Below are positions 9,392 through 17,922 of a stretch of DNA of 64,000 nucleotides, one piece after another; the stretch's first letter is position 1, and every line of letters begins with the position of its first letter. A model generated the notes under the pieces. The model saw nothing but the letters and a program-made list of their open reading frames with translations, had not been told where the DNA came from and did not search any database. This DNA is from an uncultured Dehalococcoidia bacterium (GTDB taxonomy: Bacteria; Chloroflexota; Dehalococcoidia; Lucifugimonadales; UBA826), in NCBI GenBank assembly GCA_964409595.1, contig CAYPDR010000018.1, positions 123,384 to 187,383 on the forward strand, given 5' to 3'. Both the position numbers and the translations under genes were made by a program.

Positions 9392-10513
9392 CTAATATTT
9401 TCTGAAAAGTGCGCCCCACCCCGTATTCATGGCTCGCCGTACCCTCTTCCGCCCTACAAACCTCAACCAATATTGATTGTGGTACAAATTCGATGCTAGA
9501 TACGCCCATGGAGTAAACTTGGACCTCAATAGAATGTTTTCTAAGGGCTTAAGCGGTCCCCAATAGATTAGTTTTTGACCCCGGCTGGCAAAGGTATTAT
9601 CAGATTTGAATCCCCAATTTACCTCCGATATATCTTCCCCTAGAACATCAATGGCGGCCAAGTCTCCACAGCCTAAACCCATTTCATGTGCCAATCTAAT
9701 AAACTTTATCGACATCGGGTCAAATCCCATCATGCTAGCGGACACGGCATCAACAGCTACCTGATCAGAGCCGGCTATAATGATATTTTTCTCATGCCAT
9801 TCCATGGCCCGCGGACCCGGACCAGAACCTGCAAAAGTACCATCCATCACCGCGAATATTCCTGGATGTATTTCTTTTTGGATTTGGAGAAGATCCACTA
9901 AAGTTTCGTGAATTACCGAATGTGTCCAATGGCGTTTCTGATTGAGTAATCCACCAAAGGCGTTCTTCATTGCACCAGTAACGGTCGTAAAAACATGAGT
10001 TTTCATTGTGGGAAGGTGAACTATGTTTTTGCCTATCAGTGGCTCAGGTATGTAAATTCCATCTTCATATATTTTATCGAGAACTAACAATTTGTTTTTA
10101 GGTTTGTAACGAACCCACTTCACTTCTTCAAGATGCATGTCATTTAGGCTATGAACATCCTCTACGTTCTTATGTTTATTATTAAGTTGTCCTTCCTTCG
10201 CATTAACGACTACAGTCCCATTATGAGTAGGTATTAAATCAGTGTAACCGTCACTTATAAGTGCCCTTATAACACCATCAAGTTGCCACGGAGAAGTGGA
10301 GCAAGCTGGATAGTAATGCTGCCATGAAATATTGACTTTGAGCAAGGTGGCAATATCGCGAGATAAAACCTCTCGGTACTCAGCCAAGTTCATCGCCAAT
10401 CCGATATCTTTAAGAACAGTTTGTGGTGAGGTCTTTAATACCGCAACGCGAGACCTTACAAGGCTACCACTACCAGTGTCATTAGTAGCCTTAAGCCCCT
10501 CTAACTTCACCAT
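9392..10513 (-). CDS. DUF362 domain-containing protein
   Basis: 373 aa. VAVLKT...HxxT...AVMDGTFAGSGPGPR...IIAGSDQVAVDAV is the DUF362 pattern. Its ATG directly follows the rpoD stop (TAGATG). Confidence 0.7.
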   Translation of the reverse strand: MVKLEGLKATNDTGSGSLVRSRVAVLKTSPQTVLKDIGLAMNLAEYREVLSRDIATLLKVNISWQHYYPACSTSPWQLDGVIRALISDGYTDLIPTHNGTVVVNAKEGQLNNKHKNVEDVHSLNDMHLEEVKWVRYKPKNKLLVLDKIYEDGIYIPEPLIGKNIVHLPTMKTHVFTTVTGAMKNAFGGLLNQKRHWTHSVIHETLVDLLQIQKEIHPGIFAVMDGTFAGSGPGPRAMEWHEKNIIIAGSDQVAVDAVSASMMGFDPMSIKFIRLAHEMGLGCGDLAAIDVLGEDISEVNWGFKSDNTFASRGQKLIYWGPLKPLENILLRSKFTPWAYLASNLYHNQYWLRFVGRKRVRRAMNTGWGALFRKY

Positions 10514-12121
10514 CTATGTTTCCAAATAGTCTTTGAGTTTTTTTGACCTGTTAGGATGTCTCAATTTTCGTAGGGCTTTCGCCTCTATCTGCCTGATTCG
10601 CTCCCTAGTAACACCGAAATCCTTGCCAACCTCTTCCAGAGTCCTACTCCTCCCATCCTCAAGCCCAAACCTTAGTTCCAAAACTCGAGCTTCCCTATCA
10701 TTTAAAGTGTCGAGAACATCCGTAACTTGTTCCCGTAACAATTGGTACGACGCGGCTTCAACAGGTGCAAGGGCAGTTGTGTCAGGTATAAAGTCCCCCA
10801 GATGGCTGTCTTCTTCCTCCCCTATCGGAGTTTCTAAAGAAACCGGTTCCTGCGATATCTTCAAAATTTCGCGAACTTTCTCAGGACTTATCTCCATCTC
10901 CTTGCCTATTTCCTCACTGGTGGGTTCCCTTCCGTATTCCTGAACTAATCTTCTGGTCACTCTGAGAAGTTTGTTAATTGTTTCCACCATATGAACAGGG
11001 ATGCGAATCGTCCTGGCTTGATCCGCTATAGCACGAGTGATTGCCTGCCTGATCCACCAAGTAGCATAGGTACTGAACTTGTAACCCTTTCTGTAATCAA
11101 ATTTCTCAACCGCTCGAATCAAGCCTATATTGCCCTCTTGGATCAAATCAAGTAGGGACATTCCTCGACCGATATATTTTTTTGCCACGCTGACGACAAG
11201 CCTCAAATTGGCTTCCGAAAGGTGTTGTTGAGCTTCGTCACCTCTTTCACGAATACGTTCTATATGTTGCCGGAACATCAATTCGTAAGGCTGCATTTTT
11301 TCATCGATATCTTGTTGAGAGATTACCGTCCTCACCTCCGGAAGAGTCGCATTCCATTCAATCACTCTGAACACTTCATCTGGCAATAATCTCGTATTAA
11401 TTGATGACTGTTTGATCATCTCCTTCAAATCATCTCTTTCGGGTGGATCTTGATCAGTCAGTTCAGAATATATCGCCGAGACTTGATCCAATAGATCATC
11501 TTGAAAAATGCCATCGATAGCGTTTCTTATATCAGGATTGGCCATCAAATCTGGCAAAGTCCCGTCAAAGGGCACTTCTTTCGCCACAAGAATCGCCTTT
11601 ATTATGTTTTCGCTATCTCCAACGACGCGGAGCATCTCACTAACAATTTCCCGAGCCTTGGGGGAGGTATCGTCAACTTTTGAAAATTCTTCATCTAGTC
11701 TCTCCACGTAGCGTTTGGCTTCGAATTTGCGAGCCAGTTCTCGCTCTTGAGGAGCTTTTAAAAGATCAACTCTCCCAATTTCTCGCAAATACATTCGCAC
11801 AGGATCATCTATTACCTCAACCGTGCCAATTTCTTTTTCCCATTGCCTAGCGGCTTTGGCCTTCAAATCTTCTAGGCTCGGAGGCGAATCATCATCTATA
11901 TCGTCATCATCGTCCCTTGGTAATGGTCTGCTCATCCCCAACTCGACTACAGAGGTATCATCATCCTCATCTTCCTCGTCCTCGTCCTCGTCTTCCACTA
12001 TGTTTTCGCGGGTTTCGTCATCTTCAGGCCTGTAACCATCCTCCTTAGAACGGCTACTAGTCAAGGCCCCGTCGATTAATTCAGACTCTCCACCCAGAGA
12101 TTTGATCCCATCAGTTGCCAT
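10514..12121 (-). CDS. rpoD: RNA polymerase primary sigma factor (sigma-70 family, RpoD/SigA)
   Basis: Regions 1.2-4.2 are present: [79 protein letters not shown]. Long acidic N-terminus. Confidence 0.95.
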   Translation of the reverse strand: MATDGIKSLGGESELIDGALTSSRSKEDGYRPEDDETRENIVEDEDEDEEDEDDDTSVVELGMSRPLPRDDDDDIDDDSPPSLEDLKAKAARQWEKEIGTVEVIDDPVRMYLREIGRVDLLKAPQERELARKFEAKRYVERLDEEFSKVDDTSPKAREIVSEMLRVVGDSENIIKAILVAKEVPFDGTLPDLMANPDIRNAIDGIFQDDLLDQVSAIYSELTDQDPPERDDLKEMIKQSSINTRLLPDEVFRVIEWNATLPEVRTVISQQDIDEKMQPYELMFRQHIERIRERGDEAQQHLSEANLRLVVSVAKKYIGRGMSLLDLIQEGNIGLIRAVEKFDYRKGYKFSTYATWWIRQAITRAIADQARTIRIPVHMVETINKLLRVTRRLVQEYGREPTSEEIGKEMEISPEKVREILKISQEPVSLETPIGEEEDSHLGDFIPDTTALAPVEAASYQLLREQVTDVLDTLNDREARVLELRFGLEDGRSRTLEEVGKDFGVTRERIRQIEAKALRKLRHPNRSKKLKDYLET

Positions 12122-12212
12122 CGGTTACCACTCCTTATAGGTTTAAACCTCTTTTGTATTTCCAGAAAGCCAAATAAATAAATCAGTCTTGATTTCCACG
12201 GGGAATCCCCTA

Positions 12213-12221
12213 ATTATAGCA
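12213..12221 (-). promoter_or_regulatory. extended -10 element TGCTATAAT upstream of rpoD
   Basis: Minus strand reads TGCTATAAT, between the dnaG stop (12266) and the rpoD start (12121). No good -35 is seen. Confidence 0.35.
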
Positions 12222-12265
12222 AATATTTAACTCCATAGTCGACAAATTCATGAAGTAGCATGAGT

Positions 12266-14074
12266 TCACATCAACTTATGTAGTTCAACTATTCTCTTGT
12301 TACGATCTGAAATTTCAGTTTGTTGTTCCTCAGTGGGCGGCAACTCTGGATCGTAGGCTTCTGTCACGTCACCAGCGCGTTCTCGCTCAAGTCGATCACT
12401 AAGTAATCGGATACACATATTCAAATCTTTCTCTTCTGTTACGTAAGTGGAAGGTATTAACTCTTCTGCCAAAATAGCATCGTACCTTTGCCTCAGAGCT
12501 GGATCAGAAATTTCAAGGTGCCATGTTTCCAAATTCGATTCAGACGCCATCCACAAAGTGAACAGTTCTCGATCTTCGATCCTCCGAAAACATTCGGGGT
12601 CTATTAGTGTGCCCGCTCTTCTCAATGAAGGTCGTCTAAATAACAGCGACAGAACGTGAGTAACCCTCTTAATATCGGGCTCAGCAATCATCTCTGATAC
12701 CTGCACATTAGACGCATTACGGTGTGCCCGAAGATTGCTTTTAGTGTCTGCACCCCGAAATTTCGACCTCCGGAGTGGTGTAGCTGCAAGAGCAGAACTC
12801 ACCGTCTCAGGCTGGGATTCAAGTTCTTGCGCTAATTTTTTTATATATCTATCTTTATCAAAATGATCCATCATGTGAAACAAAGGAGCCAACGTAGCCA
12901 CTACTTTACCTTTAGCACCAATAGAATCAATATCAAATCTACTTGCTACCACCGGGATGAGGTAGTCCATTAGTGGCAATGCTTCAGAAACTACCTGCTT
13001 CCAGTCTCCATTCCCTGACCTAATGAACTCATCTGGATCTTTGCCTTCCGGCAAAGACAAAACCTTCAAACTTACAGAATTTGACGACGTCAACAGTTCA
13101 CTTCGGTCCTTATAATTCGTATCAAATATTTTCCATGAAGATTCCAAACTCCGTAACGTCGCCTCTTGACCCGCAGCATCTTGATCCAAAGCTAGGACAT
13201 ATGAATCGGCTACATTTCTCAGCTGCCGTACTTGTTCCGGTGTAAGTGCTGTCCCCATGGAGGCGACAACATTCCTGTACCCATGCTCATGAGCAGCTAT
13301 CACATCCATGTAACCCTCAACAATAACGCATTGGTTTTCTTGCCTTATCGCTTCTATTGCCTTGTGGAACCCATACAATATTCGCTTTTTATCAAACACT
13401 GGCGTCGCAGCAGTGTTGATGTATTTTGGCATCGATCCGTCCAATGACCTCCCACCAAAGGCCACGATCTTCCCAGTCCTTTCATGTATGGGAATCATCA
13501 GCCGTCCCCAAAAAAAATCTCTAATGGTGCCATCATCAAGTCCACTCAAAAGTCCACATTCAACAGCCTCCGGCAATTCTATGCCGTGGAAAGCAATGTG
13601 ATCTTTAAGAGAACTTCTATTTCTCGGACTGTAGCCGAGACCAAACTCCTCCCAGACCTCTCTAGAGATTCCACGCTGATCTAGGTAATTTCTAGCTTGT
13701 TTAGCTTCGGGAGAAAGAAGAGCTTCTCTATAAAAATTTAGGGCCAACTCATTAATCTCATAATAAGTGTTCTTTTCGACGGAGTCATTTTTCAAGCTCA
13801 TTTCAACGCCAGCTCTATTCCCCAACAGCCTTAATGCCTCGGCAAACTCCAAACCGTCTATTTTCATAACGAAAGTGAATATGTCACCTCCTGTGGAACA
13901 CTGCCCAAAGCAACGCCAAGTTTGCCTATCAGGATTCACAATAAATGAAGGGGTTTTTTCCTCATGGAAGGGACAGTTCGCTTTGTAATTACGCCCCGCC
14001 CTATGTAGCTGGAAGCGTTCGGATACAATTTCAAGGATGTCTATCCGAGACTTTATTTCGTCAGTAATCGCCAA
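12266..14074 (-). CDS. dnaG: DNA primase
   Basis: Zinc-ribbon CPFHEEKTPSF...CFGC, the TOPRIM segment VIVEGYMDVIA...ALDQDAAGQ, and a C-terminal helicase-interaction region. TTG start behind GAGGGTG. Confidence 0.95.
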   Translation of the reverse strand: MAITDEIKSRIDILEIVSERFQLHRAGRNYKANCPFHEEKTPSFIVNPDRQTWRCFGQCSTGGDIFTFVMKIDGLEFAEALRLLGNRAGVEMSLKNDSVEKNTYYEINELALNFYREALLSPEAKQARNYLDQRGISREVWEEFGLGYSPRNRSSLKDHIAFHGIELPEAVECGLLSGLDDGTIRDFFWGRLMIPIHERTGKIVAFGGRSLDGSMPKYINTAATPVFDKKRILYGFHKAIEAIRQENQCVIVEGYMDVIAAHEHGYRNVVASMGTALTPEQVRQLRNVADSYVLALDQDAAGQEATLRSLESSWKIFDTNYKDRSELLTSSNSVSLKVLSLPEGKDPDEFIRSGNGDWKQVVSEALPLMDYLIPVVASRFDIDSIGAKGKVVATLAPLFHMMDHFDKDRYIKKLAQELESQPETVSSALAATPLRRSKFRGADTKSNLRAHRNASNVQVSEMIAEPDIKRVTHVLSLLFRRPSLRRAGTLIDPECFRRIEDRELFTLWMASESNLETWHLEISDPALRQRYDAILAEELIPSTYVTEEKDLNMCIRLLSDRLERERAGDVTEAYDPELPPTEEQQTEISDRNKRIVELHKLM

Positions 14075-14134
14075 TTATTGTCACCCTCACCAGATCACCT
14101 TAAACATGGAGATCTAGTACGAATTTTCTACATT

Positions 14135-14479
14135 TTATTTGGATCTTCCATAAGCGTATTGGCTGATTTTTTCTATGGGACCCTTAACACTATCGAGGTG
14201 CCATGAAACATGATCAAGCTGAGACATTATGTCCGCTAGGAGATCGCCCAATGTCCCCCAATCCTCGTTGGAATCCAAGAACTCTCCTAATTTCTCCGCA
14301 TATACGATTTGAGCGCTCCATATGTCCCCCAGGTCAGTGCACAATCGTGATAGTTCACCGTCCAACTCTTCAGATATACCCATCGTCTTCAGTTTAACAA
14401 GAATGCTATGTGCCATAGCAGAACGTTGCCTAGCCCTGTTGAAATTAGCTTGACTTATATCCATGATATTGTCGTTCAT
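14135..14479 (-). CDS. hypothetical small acidic helical protein (114 aa)
   Basis: ORF in operon orientation between dgt and dnaG, 12 nt after the previous stop. No family recognised. Confidence 0.45.
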   Translation of the reverse strand: MNDNIMDISQANFNRARQRSAMAHSILVKLKTMGISEELDGELSRLCTDLGDIWSAQIVYAEKLGEFLDSNEDWGTLGDLLADIMSQLDHVSWHLDSVKGPIEKISQYAYGRSK

Positions 14480-14491
14480 AGAATGCCGCCC

Positions 14492-14767
14492 TTATGAAAT
14501 ATTTTGATCAATCACCCCGTAGTGCGTTATATAGCTCACCCAAGTTTCTTTGATAGACTGAAGAACCACTGGTTGCGATTTCTCACTCATAGAATTTATA
14601 CACTCAAAAGTACGTTTCCAAATGTCATCCACTTCCCGCTTCCACGGATCAAATTCAAGCCCGTGAGGATCACGTTGCATAGCTTCCAAATGTTCCTCTA
14701 TATGGACGACATTGTTCCCCACAAGACGCGCGCGCAGCCTATCAGATGTTTCATACGACTTAGTCAT
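14492..14767 (-). CDS. hypothetical small protein (91 aa)
   Basis: ORF in operon orientation. A perfect TATAAT sits 6 nt upstream of its ATG. No family recognised. Confidence 0.45.
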   Translation of the reverse strand: MTKSYETSDRLRARLVGNNVVHIEEHLEAMQRDPHGLEFDPWKREVDDIWKRTFECINSMSEKSQPVVLQSIKETWVSYITHYGVIDQNIS

Positions 14768-14773
14768 GGACGG

Positions 14774-14779
14774 ATTATA
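14774..14779 (-). promoter_or_regulatory. perfect TATAAT ending 6 nt before the ATG of the 91-aa ORF (leaderless geometry)
   Basis: Minus strand reads TATAAT ccgtcc ATG, with the ATG at 14767. No SD and no convincing -35. Confidence 0.3.
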
Positions 14780-14830
14780 TCAGGGGATTAATCAGTTCAT
14801 ATGCTACTATCAAATAGAGTCACCAATTGC

Positions 14831-15910
14831 TCAAAGTACCACACGATCAAAAAAAATTCTCCCCACACCTGGAGATATACTTTCAGCCACACGTATCGCA
14901 TATTGATCTGTCATTCCAGAAATGTAATCTACAACAGCCTGCTCAGTAGACTCACTGCGCACTTGGTACTCTTTGGGAATTTGATCTCGATTCATATGAA
15001 GATATTGGAATAGTAAATCAACGATTTTTCGTGCAGCGATACCCTCGGACCCTTTATCTTCCGGAAGGTAAACGTTCTGGAACATATAATCCCTCAACAC
15101 ATTCACCGCATTCCTCACATCGCCACTCATAGAAATCTCTGGTGTTGCTGTCTTTTTACTTTCTCCAACAACATCCCAAGAGGACTCCACTATATCTAAC
15201 ACCATAGTATTAATCCTCTCCGAATGCCGAGTGCCCAAAACCTTCCTAACCTCTCTTGGAAGATCTTCTTCCAGAAGTATCCCCGCACGAAAAGCATCCA
15301 AAAGGTCGTGGTTGAGGTACGCTACCGCGTCCGAAATTCTTATTACCTGCGCCTCCATACCCATGCCTTCCACCAACCCAGGGGCCAAAAAGTCGCCCCT
15401 CGGTTTAGAATGGTGCAAAATTCCTTGTCTCACCTCCCATGTGAGATTTAGTCCAGCCCCTTCTTTCTCAAGCCTATCTACTATTCGGAGACTTTGATGA
15501 TTGTGACGAAACCCTTCAGGGTGCAACCTATTCAACTCATCTTCCCCAATGTGCCCAAAGGGAGTATGCCCCATATCATGGCCCAATGCCATGGCTTCGG
15601 TAAGATCCTCATTCAAATTTAGGGCTCGTGCTAGGGTCCTCGCAATCTGAGAAACTTCTAACGTGTGAGTTAGCCTAGTTACAAAGTGGTCGCCTTGAGG
15701 CGCGATAAATACTTGAGTCTTATGCTTAATACGCCTGAAAGCCTTTGAATGGACTATACGATCTCTATCTCTCTGAAATTCCGTTCTTATGCAACTTGGC
15801 TCTTCTTCTAATGCCCTACCCTTAGACTGAAAAGAAAGTGAAGCGTAGGGAGACAAGTTTCGCTCCTGCTCTTCTGTCCTTCTCCTAACCGAGTCAAGCT
15901 GGCAAGACAT
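14831..15910 (-). CDS. dgt: dGTP triphosphohydrolase-like HD-domain protein
   Basis: FQRDRDRIVHSKAFRRIKHKTQVF, HFVTRLTHTLEVSQI and LGHDMGHTPFGH form the Dgt/HD phosphohydrolase signature. It is adjacent to dnaG, as in many Terrabacteria. Confidence 0.85.
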   Translation of the reverse strand: MSCQLDSVRRRTEEQERNLSPYASLSFQSKGRALEEEPSCIRTEFQRDRDRIVHSKAFRRIKHKTQVFIAPQGDHFVTRLTHTLEVSQIARTLARALNLNEDLTEAMALGHDMGHTPFGHIGEDELNRLHPEGFRHNHQSLRIVDRLEKEGAGLNLTWEVRQGILHHSKPRGDFLAPGLVEGMGMEAQVIRISDAVAYLNHDLLDAFRAGILLEEDLPREVRKVLGTRHSERINTMVLDIVESSWDVVGESKKTATPEISMSGDVRNAVNVLRDYMFQNVYLPEDKGSEGIAARKIVDLLFQYLHMNRDQIPKEYQVRSESTEQAVVDYISGMTDQYAIRVAESISPGVGRIFFDRVVL

Positions 15911-15914
15911 TTAG

Positions 15915-16916
15915 TCACGACACCTCTAATTCAAGACATTCCGCACCAAAATCTCTGACAATTGCCTTTGGAGACTCACCTTTACCAACTCTCGCTATAT
16001 TGTTGAAACCAAACTGAGCGCGTCTCTCCCATGTATCCCAGGTAGTTCCAGCCATGTGCGGAGTCGTAATTACGTTGTCCATCCTAAGGAGAGGATTATC
16101 AGGATCAACCGGTTCCTGTTCAAACACATCTAGCCCTGCGGCTAATATGGTCTTTTTTTGCAGTACGTCTATCAACGCCAACTCGTCGACTACTGATCCT
16201 CTCGAGGTGTTGATCAGAATCGCAGAAGGCTTCATGGAAGCAAGTCTTTCTGCGTTGACCATGTGATAGGTTTCTCTAGTGAGAGGAGTATGACAACTCA
16301 CAATATCTGAAGTTCCGAATATCTCGTCCAGAGAAACAGACGTAAGATCCAACAGTTCATTTGTTTCTTCATCTACCGGGTGTATATCGTAGTACTGGAC
16401 TTTCGCATCGAATCCCTGCACCCTTTTTGCAACCTGTTTTCCAATGTTCCCGATACCAAGTATTCCCACGATTTTACCAGACATTTCAAATGTGTTCTGT
16501 CCTGTAATAGGTTCGTTCCAACGCCCTTCTCGCGTAGCCTCGTTGCTAGCGACAAGCTGTTTATATATGGTTAACATAAGCAGCACCGCGTGATCCGCCA
16601 CCGCCCAGGAATTTGCACCACCGTTATTCGAACAAGGAATTCCTAATTCCTTGAGCAGGGAAAGATTCATTCGATCATACCCAGCAGCAAGAAGCTGCAC
16701 GAGCCGACATTTCGTCGCAGCTCGTATCACCTCATCTGACGGGTCCAAACCATAACAAAGTAGGAAGTCTGCATCCTTTACCCTTTCAATCTGCTGATCT
16801 TCACTTGAGCTTTTATCTAAAACTTCTATGCTGTAGCCTCTGGGAATATAGGAAACCACTTCATCAATTATGGTTTGTTTGAGACCCGTGAGAAACACGA
16901 TTCTTAAATTCGACAT
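15915..16916 (-). CDS. D-isomer-specific 2-hydroxyacid dehydrogenase (PGDH/GyaR-like)
   Basis: GILGIGNIGKQVAKR NAD motif and the catalytic-domain pattern HTPLT...NTSRG...LDVF..EP...TPH. Start moved from GTG 16967 to ATG 16916 (MSNLRIVF), which sits behind AAAGGTGA. Confidence 0.8.
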   Translation of the reverse strand: MSNLRIVFLTGLKQTIIDEVVSYIPRGYSIEVLDKSSSEDQQIERVKDADFLLCYGLDPSDEVIRAATKCRLVQLLAAGYDRMNLSLLKELGIPCSNNGGANSWAVADHAVLLMLTIYKQLVASNEATREGRWNEPITGQNTFEMSGKIVGILGIGNIGKQVAKRVQGFDAKVQYYDIHPVDEETNELLDLTSVSLDEIFGTSDIVSCHTPLTRETYHMVNAERLASMKPSAILINTSRGSVVDELALIDVLQKKTILAAGLDVFEQEPVDPDNPLLRMDNVITTPHMAGTTWDTWERRAQFGFNNIARVGKGESPKAIVRDFGAECLELEVS

Positions 16917-16967
16917 ATTTTCAAATTCACCTTTACGTCCAAAGCTTAACGGCGAGACCGAGTTCAC

Positions 16968-17660
16968 CTAACCACCGTATCTTTGCCTCAAAATATCTTT
17001 CAGCCGATCCGGTGAGAAATCCTGATCTTTGCAAACATCTATGATTTCTTTCTCACCAGCTTCAACTTTCGCTATTGCGGCAGGTAGGTCAGCCACTATT
17101 TCGGATGGAATGCTTATCACTCCATGTTTATCTCCTAGCAGTATCTCTCCGGGGTTGACAGTTACCCTTCCAATAGTCACTGGTACATTAGCTTCTACTA
17201 AATGAACGTTAGCTCGTGAGACTAGTTCAGTACTCGCGAAAGCGTTGAACCCATAACCCTGCATCTCATCTAAGTCTCTTACACCACCATCAGTCACAAC
17301 TCCGACGCAGTTAAGCGACGTGTGTATCGCACTTTGTACCTCGCCCCAGAAAGATCCTATTACCTCAGGATAATCTAAGTCCTTCATAACAATGATCCTG
17401 GGAGCCGGAATACTTAATATTTCGTCTATCCAAGTAACCCTTGAGAAATTCATGTTTTCAGAAGGCGGTGTTGAAGCTTTGATTACGGCCGTCACTGCAA
17501 AACCCGCGATCGCACCCATATTGGGAAACATACTTTTTATTTCGGGGGTCATAAATCCTTCGGTACGCGACCGCACATTTAGACTTTCTATGGCATTGGA
17601 AACCGCGCAAGTCTGCATATTTCCAATCTCTTTAATCTGTTCTTGGGTTACCTCAACCAT
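16968..17660 (-). CDS. RraA family protein (HMG/CHA aldolase / oxaloacetate decarboxylase-like)
   Basis: CAVSNA...GSFWGE...VTDGGVRD...VNPGEILLGDKHGV is the RraA-fold pattern. Start moved to ATG 17660 (MVEVTQ), behind GAGGTG at 6-nt spacing, which gives the family-typical length of about 230 aa. Confidence 0.75.
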   Translation of the reverse strand: MVEVTQEQIKEIGNMQTCAVSNAIESLNVRSRTEGFMTPEIKSMFPNMGAIAGFAVTAVIKASTPPSENMNFSRVTWIDEILSIPAPRIIVMKDLDYPEVIGSFWGEVQSAIHTSLNCVGVVTDGGVRDLDEMQGYGFNAFASTELVSRANVHLVEANVPVTIGRVTVNPGEILLGDKHGVISIPSEIVADLPAAIAKVEAGEKEIIDVCKDQDFSPDRLKDILRQRYGG

Positions 17661-17770
17661 TTTTCGCACCTCGATAGGAATGTTGCTGGGATACACATAT
17701 ACATTTTGATCCGAATGATAACAGAGGAGGTGATTGTAAAATGTACTCACACGAGTTCGACTAGCCTGTC

Positions 17771-17798
17771 CTTGACCACAGCCAGTCGGAGCCTATAA
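17771..17798 (+). promoter_or_regulatory. sigma-70-type promoter: TTGACC - 16 nt - TATAAT, upstream of the tartronate-semialdehyde-reductase-like gene
   Basis: Read directly: TTGACC 17771-17776 and TATAAT 17793-17798. The gene starts at 17923 behind AAGGAGG. Confidence 0.5.
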
Positions 17799-17922
17799 TT
17801 ATCCCGCAATGGCGGGACTCAAAACTAATTTGGGCAATTTGCCTCAAGACAACAGAATATGTAACTAGAAAACGGGTGACCTCCGTGATTTCACGGTTCG
17901 TTGGCTCAAGGAGGATAATAAT

